Of a DNA stretch of 64,000 nucleotides, positions 57,271 through 64,000 are shown piece by piece. This DNA is from an uncultured Pseudomonadales bacterium (GTDB lineage Bacteria > Patescibacteriota > Microgenomatia > UBA1400 > PJMF01), in contig CAYVXV010000003.1 of assembly GCA_964455555.1 (NCBI GenBank), positions 1,475 through 65,474 on the forward strand, given 5' to 3'. The translations under genes were made by a program, and so were the position numbers. Each line of letters starts with the position of its first letter. Within the stretch, counting starts at the first letter, position 1. The notes under the pieces are model-generated. The model saw only the letters and a list, made by a program, of their open reading frames with translations. It ran no database searches and had not been told where the DNA came from.

Positions 57271-58008
57271 CTATTTTGTCAGTATCTCGGGCCCTTTTTT
57301 TGTAATCAGCACCGTTTCTTCAAACATTCCTGAGATTGATCCGTCAGCCGTCCTAAAAGTCCAACCATCATCTGCTTCCACTAATTTTGCCTCTCCCATG
57401 GCATACATCACTTCAATGGCTAATGTTTGTCCTTCTGTCAGAATCTCTTTCTTGAGTTTTTTTAAGGCAAAAACAGGCACTTCCGGCTCCATGTGCAGCT
57501 TTTCCCCAATGCCGTGGCCGGTAAGCTGATAAACTACTCCATAGCCATGGCGCTGCAGGCCTTTTTCCATCTGAAAACTAATGTCATATACGCTGTTGCC
57601 AGCTTGCGCTTTGGCAATTGCCTTATCTAAAACCTGCTTTCCAACCTCAAGAAATCTGGCCGCTGATTCCGAAATTTGACCTACTCCAAAGGTAATAGTA
57701 GTATCCAAGTGATAACCTTGATTAATCAAACCCACATCAATGGTAATAATATCGCCTTCATCGACGGTTTTTTTAAGTGGAATTCCATGGCAGACCTCAT
57801 CGTTTTTCATGATGCAGGTTGCCCACTCATATCCTGGTACGGTAGAAAAACTTGGCACCATGCCCTCTGCCCCAATCAAGCGCTGAGCCTCTGCCTCAAT
57901 TGCTTCAAACCTAACACCAGGGCCGGTAAAATCCCTAAGCTGAGACTTGATTTTGCCGAGCGACCTGCCGCCCTCTCTCATGGCTTGAATTTTTTTATGG
58001 TCTTTCAT
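57271..58008 (-). CDS. map: Methionine aminopeptidase type I
   Basis: MetAP metal ligands in conserved contexts (DVGLIN, GHGIG, E-containing motifs). Confidence 0.9.
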   Translation of the reverse strand: MKDHKKIQAMREGGRSLGKIKSQLRDFTGPGVRFEAIEAEAQRLIGAEGMVPSFSTVPGYEWATCIMKNDEVCHGIPLKKTVDEGDIITIDVGLINQGYHLDTTITFGVGQISESAARFLEVGKQVLDKAIAKAQAGNSVYDISFQMEKGLQRHGYGVVYQLTGHGIGEKLHMEPEVPVFALKKLKKEILTEGQTLAIEVMYAMGEAKLVEADDGWTFRTADGSISGMFEETVLITKKGPEILTK

Positions 58009-58071
58009 AATTAACTGAAAAGAGGCGGTACTGCCATAAGAGCCGTACCGCCCCTGCCTTTTTCAAGTTAT

Positions 58072-58631
58072 CTATTTGGCTTTTTGTTCTTCCAAATGCT
58101 TATCTAGTGCCTCCACAATGTCTTTGGAAACTTCCTCCACAGTCTGTTCTCCGTCAACCCGCAGCAGCTTGCCCTCTTTTTCGTAGAAAGATACAACAGG
58201 TTCTGTAACCTCATGAAACAGCTCAATTCTCTTCCTAATGGCTTGAAGTGTCTCATCCTCGCGGTCGCTCAATCTGCCGGCAATCCTCCACAAAGCCTCT
58301 TTGTCAGAAACCTCCAGAATTACGACTCTATCGACTCCACCATTAAACGCCTCAGCCTGGGCTAATGTTCTGGGGAAACCATCCAGAATGTAACCTTCCG
58401 AATACTCTGGTTTCTCAAGATAAGTTAAGATAATTTCTAAAGTCAGGTCATCAGGGATTAGGGCGCCTGCATTCATTGTTTCCTTCAGCCAACGGCCCAG
58501 GTCACTCTTCTCCTTTGCCATTTCCCTAAAAATATGGCCTGAAGACAAATATGGTATACCATACTGCTCTGACAAAAAATTGCCCTGTGTTGATTTTCCG
58601 GCACCTTGAATGCCGATAAGAACTAGTCTCA
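58072..58631 (-). CDS. adk: Adenylate kinase
   Basis: P-loop GIQGAGKSTQG after MRLVLIGIQ. Start at the internal ATG 58631; the ORF track starts 5 codons upstream. Confidence 0.9.
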
Positions 58632-58732
58632 TAATATCTTGCTCCATTGCAGCCGTAATAGACTCTACTTATTATTAATTGCTGGAAAGCCAGCTTTCTG
58701 TTTTTCTCCCTGTATATTTCAACAGTTACTCA

Positions 58733-60016
58733 TTACCGATACTGATCATAGTTTTGTTCTATGACCATACTTTCAGCCTGCTTAAAGGTCTCCAGAATTA
58801 CAGAAACCACAATCAGGACACTTGTACCGCTGATTGCCAAGCTGCCGATTCCAGTAAAAATTTGGGCAAGTGAGGGCAGAATTGCAATTGTGCTCAAGAA
58901 AAGTGCACCTGCAAAAGTAATTCTAGTGACCACAAATTCCAAATATTTTTTTGTTGCCCCTCCTGGTCTTGTACCAGGAATGAAGGCTCCGCTTTTCTTC
59001 AGCTCATCAGAAATATCCTCTGCATTAAAGAAAATTAAAGCCGAAAAATAGGTAAAGAAGAAAACAACGAAGAAGTAAGTGACTATATAAAATGGTGCAG
59101 TTTCGCCAAAGTTGATGGTCAGCCAATTGCCCAAATTAATTAAGCTTGGGTTGCTCGAGGAGATAAGCAGTCTGGACATGAAAGAAGGAATGAGAAGTAT
59201 AGTAACAGCGAAAATAATGGGCATAACTCCGGCCACATTAACCTTAATAGGCAGGTGAGTCATCTGGCCTCCATAGACCTTACTGCCCCTAACTCTTTTT
59301 GCGTACTGAATAGTGACCTTGCGTATGGCCTCGTTCATGAATACCACTACGCCAATAATTATCAAGAACACAACAATAAAGGATGCAAAGGTCATCAGCT
59401 GCTCCGATGTAGTTATAGACAGGGCTTGGCTGAAGCCTGCCGGCAACTGACTAACGATTCCGGCAAACAAAATCATCGATATGCCGTTGCCCAAGCCATA
59501 TTGAGTAATCAGCTCACCCAGCCAGGTTAAAATTAAGGCTCCTGCCACTAGAGTAAAAATCATTGCAATCAGAACCAGTGGTTCCGGATTAAGCAGCAGG
59601 CCTTGAGTTCTCAATAGGACCAAAACTGAAATGCTTTGAGCTATTGCCAGCGGAACGGTAAGAAACCTGGTATATTGGTTAATTTTTTCTCTGCCAGATT
59701 CTCCATCTTTCTGAAGCTCTTTGAGCTGAGGAATAACCATTCCAGATAGCTGCATGATAATGGATGCAGTAATGTAAGGATTAATGCCTAAAGCAACAAT
59801 AGAAAAATTAGCTAAGGTCCCGCCTGAAAAAACATTAAGCAGGCTCAAAAACTGGCTGCCTTCAAAAATTGCTCTTAACTGATTTAGGTCAATTGCAGGT
59901 AGAGGGATGTGGGCAAGCAGGCGGTATACTAAAAAAATGCCTGCGGTAAAAATCAGCTTATTTCTAAGCGCGGGGTTGTTAGCTACTTTTTGTACAAAGG
60001 CAGTTAATTTTTTCAT
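58733..60016 (-). CDS. secY: Preprotein translocase subunit SecY
   Basis: 10-TM SecY with conserved operon position between rplO and adk. Confidence 0.95.
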   Translation of the reverse strand: MKKLTAFVQKVANNPALRNKLIFTAGIFLVYRLLAHIPLPAIDLNQLRAIFEGSQFLSLLNVFSGGTLANFSIVALGINPYITASIIMQLSGMVIPQLKELQKDGESGREKINQYTRFLTVPLAIAQSISVLVLLRTQGLLLNPEPLVLIAMIFTLVAGALILTWLGELITQYGLGNGISMILFAGIVSQLPAGFSQALSITTSEQLMTFASFIVVFLIIIGVVVFMNEAIRKVTIQYAKRVRGSKVYGGQMTHLPIKVNVAGVMPIIFAVTILLIPSFMSRLLISSSNPSLINLGNWLTINFGETAPFYIVTYFFVVFFFTYFSALIFFNAEDISDELKKSGAFIPGTRPGGATKKYLEFVVTRITFAGALFLSTIAILPSLAQIFTGIGSLAISGTSVLIVVSVILETFKQAESMVIEQNYDQYR

Positions 60017-60066
60017 GCTCGCACAATCTTGGATCGCGGCACTCAGTATAGCCTAAGAAGTATTAC

Positions 60067-60513
60067 TTAGGCAACCGAAACAACAGATCCGCCCAGTTCC
60101 TTTACTGCCTCTGCAGCTGCCTTCGAAACCGGAATGTTTTTTATGGTCACCTTGCGGGTTAGTTTTCCAGTAGCGATAACTTTCGCTTTCTTAAACCGTT
60201 GATCGATCACTCTTTCTGACTTGAGAGCTTCCAATGTTATTTCTGTTGCTTTCATTTTACTGATGTCATCCAAAGTAATTTCGGCAGTTGGCCTTACTAC
60301 TTTGAATTTTCCCTTACCTCTCAACATAGGCATGCGTTTGATCAATGGCAATTGACCACCTTCAAACCACAGTGGGATCTTTGCTCCCTGCCTCGACTTC
60401 TGGCCTTTCATTCCGCGGGTAGATGTATGACCACCCTTTCCGGAACCATAGCCGCGCCCCACTCTCTTTTGTTTCTTATCGGTAACGCTGGTAAGTTTGT
60501 GTAATAACGACAT
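60067..60513 (-). CDS. rplO: 50S ribosomal protein L15
   Basis: [26 protein letters not shown] motif. Confidence 0.9.
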   Translation of the reverse strand: MSLLHKLTSVTDKKQKRVGRGYGSGKGGHTSTRGMKGQKSRQGAKIPLWFEGGQLPLIKRMPMLRGKGKFKVVRPTAEITLDDISKMKATEITLEALKSERVIDQRFKKAKVIATGKLTRKVTIKNIPVSKAAAEAVKELGGSVVSVA

Positions 60514-60524
60514 AGTGACTCTCT

Positions 60525-61241
60525 TTATTTAGCCGGTTTATTAGCTGTTTTTTTTGCTGCTGGCTTAGCTGGTTTTTTAGCTGGCTTAGCTTTAACTGAA
60601 GCGACCTTGCCCTTATTGGAAACCTTGGCTGTTTTAGCTTGCTTTGGCTTGTTGGCTTTGGCAGAAGACACTTCTTTTTCAACTTTTTCTTCAGCGCGCT
60701 TTTTGTGTTTTTCCTGAACTTCTTCTAGCCGCTGCTTCTCTTCTGCTTCTATCTCTGCAGTTGAGCGAAGCTTCAAGCCTTTAATGCTAACCAATTGCTC
60801 AATCTGCTTGAGTGCTTCAAATGTAGCATAAACGTTCGAAGCCTGATTTTCTGATCCCAGTATTTTTGCTGAGATATCACGAATACCGGCTGCCTCAACA
60901 ACAGCCCTGACCGGACCGCCTGCGATAACTCCTGAGCCTTTTGGAGCTGGCTTCAATAGAACAGTGCCTGCACCTTTCTTGACCCGAATGGGGAAAGGTA
61001 TAGTGGTTCCATCTATTGCTACAGTAATCATTTTCTTTTTTGCTTTTTTAATGCCTTTTTTTATTCCTGAGACTACGTCGGGAGCTTTGCCCAAACCAAC
61101 ACCAACCCTGCCCTTGCGGTCACCAACAACCATCAGTACTGAAAACCCAATCTTATTTCCACCTTTGGTTTTCTTTGAAACCCGGGAAATTTGAATGACC
61201 TTTTCTTCAAATTCTTGTGGTTCGCGTACTTGTGAAGACAT
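60525..61241 (-). CDS. rpsE: 30S ribosomal protein S5 with about 70-aa Lys/Ala/Pro-rich C-terminal tail
   Basis: S5 core ([28 protein letters not shown]...), then an extension ending [22 protein letters not shown]. Only 11 nt separate it from rplO, so there is no L30 gene. Confidence 0.9.
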   Translation of the reverse strand: MSSQVREPQEFEEKVIQISRVSKKTKGGNKIGFSVLMVVGDRKGRVGVGLGKAPDVVSGIKKGIKKAKKKMITVAIDGTTIPFPIRVKKGAGTVLLKPAPKGSGVIAGGPVRAVVEAAGIRDISAKILGSENQASNVYATFEALKQIEQLVSIKGLKLRSTAEIEAEEKQRLEEVQEKHKKRAEEKVEKEVSSAKANKPKQAKTAKVSNKGKVASVKAKPAKKPAKPAAKKTANKPAK

Positions 61242-61243
61242 GT

Positions 61244-61609
61244 TTAAACCTTTATTCCTTGTTCGCGCAAAGTTTCAGCCACCTGCCTAACTCTGCCGTG
61301 ATACTTATATGAACCTCGATCAAAAACCACATTGGAAATTTTCTTGGCCTTTAGCTGCTTAGCAATAGACTCAGCTGCAAGCTTTGCTCTTTCCATCTTA
61401 GTTTCGCTTTTTTTAGCATTCTTTTTAAGATCCAGATCATTGGCTGCTGCCAAGGTGGCCATCTTGTCATCATCGATAACCTGAATGTAGATAAACTTGT
61501 TTGACCTGTATACAGTAACCCTAGGTTGCTTAGCAGAGCCATGGAGTTTTGAGCGCACCCTCTTGGCCCGCTTCATAGATTTAGTTAAATAGTGATTAAT
61601 GCGTATCAT
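61244..61609 (-). CDS. rplR: 50S ribosomal protein L18
   Basis: L18 fold sequence and operon position. Confidence 0.9.
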   Translation of the reverse strand: MIRINHYLTKSMKRAKRVRSKLHGSAKQPRVTVYRSNKFIYIQVIDDDKMATLAAANDLDLKKNAKKSETKMERAKLAAESIAKQLKAKKISNVVFDRGSYKYHGRVRQVAETLREQGIKV

Positions 61610-61629
61610 ATCTTCTTCCGGTCAGATTT

Positions 61630-62166
61630 TTATGCTGCGGTCTTTCCTGGTTTTGTGCGGACCAGCTCATCCTCATATCTGATACCTTTGCCTTTATAAG
61701 GTTCCGGCGGCCTAACTCTTCTGATATTGGCAGCTACTTGGCCAACTGCTTGTTTGTCTATTCCCTCAACGTGAATTGTGTCAGTGCCTTCAAGGGTAAA
61801 CTTAACACCTTCAGTAGGATCAATTTCGACTGGATGTGAAAAGCCAAGTGCTAAGCTTAAGCCTGCACCCTTATTTTGAGCTCTGCATCCTGTTCCAACT
61901 AACTTTAAAGTTTTTTTATAACCTTCAGTCACACCAATAATCTGATTACTAATTAAGCTTCTCACTAACCCATGGTAAGCTCTAGTTTGCCTATCATTAT
62001 TTTTTCGGCTGACGCTGATTTCAGAATCTCCAATTTTTACATCAATTCCCGCAGGTACAGCAGCCTTAAGCTGGCCTTTTGGTCCATTTATTACAGCTTC
62101 CCCACCGGCAACTGAAACAGTTACTCCTTGTGGGATACTGATGGGTGTGTTTCCTATTCGTGACAT
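61630..62166 (-). CDS. rplF: 50S ribosomal protein L6
   Basis: Two-domain L6 sequence; operon position. Confidence 0.9.
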   Translation of the reverse strand: MSRIGNTPISIPQGVTVSVAGGEAVINGPKGQLKAAVPAGIDVKIGDSEISVSRKNNDRQTRAYHGLVRSLISNQIIGVTEGYKKTLKLVGTGCRAQNKGAGLSLALGFSHPVEIDPTEGVKFTLEGTDTIHVEGIDKQAVGQVAANIRRVRPPEPYKGKGIRYEDELVRTKPGKTAA

Positions 62167-62180
62167 ATATCGTTTCTAAA

Positions 62181-62570
62181 TTACCAGATTTGGCAGACCA
62201 GTTCTCCACCTACATTTGCTTTTCTTGCTTTATCATTAGTCATCAGGCCTTTATTTGTCGAAACAATGGTGATGCCATATCCACCCAAAGCCCTGGGAAT
62301 CTTACTTGCGGGTGTATAAAGTCGCCTGCCGGGTTTTGAAAGCCTTTTAACTTCTGTGACTGCCGGCAGCCTGCCAATGTATTTCAGTGTCAGTTTAAGT
62401 TCTGTAAATGGTTTTCCCTCAATTACATCAACTGCTTCTAGATAACCTTCTTCAACTAGGATATCAGCCATACTCTTTTTCATTTTTGAGTAAGGCACCA
62501 ACACTTCTTTGTGGTTGGCCATTAAGGCATTCTTTATTCGGATAATGAAATCTGCTATTGGATCAGTCAT
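62181..62570 (-). CDS. rpsH: 30S ribosomal protein S8
   Basis: MTDPIADFIIRIKNA N-terminus. Confidence 0.95.
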   Translation of the reverse strand: MTDPIADFIIRIKNALMANHKEVLVPYSKMKKSMADILVEEGYLEAVDVIEGKPFTELKLTLKYIGRLPAVTEVKRLSKPGRRLYTPASKIPRALGGYGITIVSTNKGLMTNDKARKANVGGELVCQIW

Positions 62571-62574
62571 ACTT

Positions 62575-62805
62575 CTACTTGCTTGCTTTTACCACTCCGG
62601 GCAATTCTCCTTTTACTGCTAGTTCTCTAAATGTCAGACGGCTCAAGCCAAAGTACCTCATATAGCCTTTGGGGCGGCCGGTTATTCTGCAGCGATTAAC
62701 ACCACGAGTCGAAACTCGGTTTTGTTTGGTTACACCGCTTGCTTTTAAGGCTTTGCGTTTGGCCAAAAGCCTTTTTGATTTAATAATTTTTGATTTTTTA
62801 GCCAT
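62575..62805 (-). CDS. rpsN: 30S ribosomal protein S14 (short type)
   Basis: C-terminal [34 protein letters not shown] is the S14 signature. Confidence 0.85.
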   Translation of the reverse strand: MAKKSKIIKSKRLLAKRKALKASGVTKQNRVSTRGVNRCRITGRPKGYMRYFGLSRLTFRELAVKGELPGVVKASK

Positions 62806-62820
62806 GGTTTGTTAACTTTC

Positions 62821-63375
62821 CTACTGTTCTTTCTCAAAAGGCATTCCAAGCATTTCTAAAAGCTTGCGGGATGCATCATCTGTTTCAGCTGTTGTTACAA
62901 TGGTTACCTGCAAACTCCTGACACTCTCGATTTGATCATAATTAATCTCTGGGAAAATAATCTGCTCTTCTATTCCCAAGCTATAATTTCCTTGGCCATC
63001 AAAAGCTGTCCTGGAAATACCTCTAAAATCTTTAACCCTGGGCAAAGCGATAGAGATTAACTTTTCTAAAAATTCCCACATATTTTTGCCCCTGAGAGTG
63101 ACCATCACACCAAGTGGGTCGCCTTCCCTCAGTTTAAAACCTGCTATTGATTTTCTGGCAGTGGTCATCTGAGGCTGTTGGCCTGTTATCATTTTAAACT
63201 GCTCAGCAACATTTTCGATGACCGGCTTGCGCTGGCGTGGATCCTGAGGATTAGCTACTCCAGCATTAACCACAATTTTGCTGATTCTAGGCACGGCATA
63301 AACACTCTTATAGCCTAACTCTTTCTTCAGAGCTGGGACAACTTCGCTGGTGTATGTTTCCCTTAATGTTGCCAT
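62821..63375 (-). CDS. rplE: 50S ribosomal protein L5
   Basis: L5 sequence and operon position. Confidence 0.95.
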   Translation of the reverse strand: MATLRETYTSEVVPALKKELGYKSVYAVPRISKIVVNAGVANPQDPRQRKPVIENVAEQFKMITGQQPQMTTARKSIAGFKLREGDPLGVMVTLRGKNMWEFLEKLISIALPRVKDFRGISRTAFDGQGNYSLGIEEQIIFPEINYDQIESVRSLQVTIVTTAETDDASRKLLEMLGMPFEKEQ

Positions 63376-63380
63376 ACGAT

Positions 63381-63719
63381 TTATTTCTTCTTTTCTTCTT
63401 GCTGTTTCTTGTTTTCTGGTACAACTGCCCCAGTTTTTTTAAACACCCTGGTTTTGCTGCCTTTTTTGTCTACTGAGTAACCAATCCTATCTGGATTACC
63501 TTTTTCATTTAAGATTGCAATTTTAGCAGTAGGCAGCGGTCTTTCCAAGACAACTTTGTCACCTGCTTGTCCACCCATAGGCTTAACGTGCTTGGTATAA
63601 AGGTTGATGCCTTCTACCACTACCTTGTCCTTTGCAGGAATTACCCGAGTGATAGAGGCTTTTTTGCCCTTATCTTTTCCTCCGGTGATGATGACTTCGT
63701 CTCCTACTTTAAATTTCAT
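63381..63719 (-). CDS. rplX: 50S ribosomal protein L24
   Basis: KVKVGDEVIITGGKDKGKK KOW motif. Confidence 0.9.
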   Translation of the reverse strand: MKFKVGDEVIITGGKDKGKKASITRVIPAKDKVVVEGINLYTKHVKPMGGQAGDKVVLERPLPTAKIAILNEKGNPDRIGYSVDKKGSKTRVFKKTGAVVPENKKQQEEKKK

Positions 63720-63731
63720 GTCTATTTGCCT

Positions 63732-64000
63732 CTATAATACTTCTGGTGCCAAGCTAGCAATTTTATTGAATCCATTTTCCTTAACCTCTCTTGCAACCGG
63801 ACCAAAAACACGGGTACCGATAGGATTGGGACTGGTGCGTGATTCAATAATCACTGCCGCATTGTCATCAAACCTAATGTACTCTCCTGACGGCCTTCTT
63901 TTTTCCTTGGCGGTCCTGACAATTACAGCCTTAACCATTTCACCTTTTTTAAGGTTGCCCTGGGTATCAGCCATGATGACCGATGCAGTGACTATGTCAC
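63732..64000 (-). CDS. rplN: 50S ribosomal protein L14 (partial; N-terminus beyond window end)
   Basis: C-terminal L14 sequence (...[10 protein letters not shown]...[12 protein letters not shown]...). The ORF runs off the window edge. Confidence 0.9.
   Translation of the reverse strand, partial: DIVTASVIMADTQGNLKKGEMVKAVIVRTAKEKRRPSGEYIRFDDNAAVIIESRTSPNPIGTRVFGPVAREVKENGFNKIASLAPEVL

Noticed and set aside
60476-60682. 68-aa minus-strand ORF in a different frame from the S5 tail
   Set aside because: Alternative-frame reading of the Lys/Ala-rich repetitive DNA. The S5 frame is continuous with the conserved S5 core.
60525-60740. Possibility that the Lys/Ala-rich region after S5 is a degenerate fused L30 (rpmD)
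   Set aside because: The tail shows no similarity to the L30 ferredoxin-like core (no GxxR/LGL motifs). It is compositionally a simple basic repeat.
1-64000. CRISPR arrays or other regularly spaced direct-repeat arrays
   Set aside because: No series of 3 or more identical 25-40 bp repeats with unique spacers was seen. The only short direct repeats (GCTGGCTTAGCTGG x2 around 60560-60600; CAG/CAA runs at 25440-25560) lie inside coding low-complexity regions of rpsE and rny.

Overview
This 64-kb window looks like the chromosome of a small-genome bacterium of about 40-42% GC. I suspect a Candidate Phyla Radiation/Patescibacteria-type organism, for four reasons: L30 is missing between rpsE and rplO, several housekeeping proteins carry long low-complexity extensions, there is a tandem lamin-tail-domain protein, and there are many GT-C glycosyltransferases. 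This placement is inference only.

The backbone is housekeeping. The identifiable housekeeping genes are:
- metG, a TatD-family hydrolase and rmuC
- a tRNA-Pro(GGG) and recA
- rny, secG, a cyclophilin and prfB
- ftsE-ftsX with an M23 peptidase
- hup
- a long ribosomal-protein operon on the minus strand, 52.7-64 kb: rpsI, rplM, rplQ, rpoA, rpsD, rpsK, rpsM, rpmJ, infA, map, adk, secY, rplO, rpsE, rplR, rplF, rpsH, rpsN, rplE, rplX, and a partial rplN that runs off the window

Accessory and unusual content:
1. A six-gene plus-strand operon at 11.8-18.8 kb encodes, in order, a processive QxxRW GT2, a GT-C enzyme, a small membrane protein, a WecA/MraY-family phosphotransferase, a UbiA-family decaprenyl-phosphate phosphoribosyltransferase-like enzyme, and a PMT/GT39 enzyme. 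Together these suggest a polyprenyl-phosphate-sugar based surface glycan pathway.
2. A compositional mosaic at 37.2-41.3 kb is the most striking signal. Two blocks of about 58-62% GC with very high third-position GC encode a small membrane protein plus a lipoprotein, and a secreted protein. The two larger proteins share a recognisable repeated domain of about 95 aa. The blocks flank a GT2 gene of near-host composition and are bounded by AT-rich junctions with perfect 11-bp inverted repeats.
3. A 1412-aa polytopic membrane protein at 41.7-45.9 kb is possibly an AftD-like GT-C enzyme.
4. An ABC-2 type transporter has two paralogous permease pairs around one ATPase.
5. A UvrD-helicase/PD-(D/E)xK nuclease fusion sits beside a DUF2130-like protein and the tRNA.

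I found no CRISPR array, transposase or integrase.
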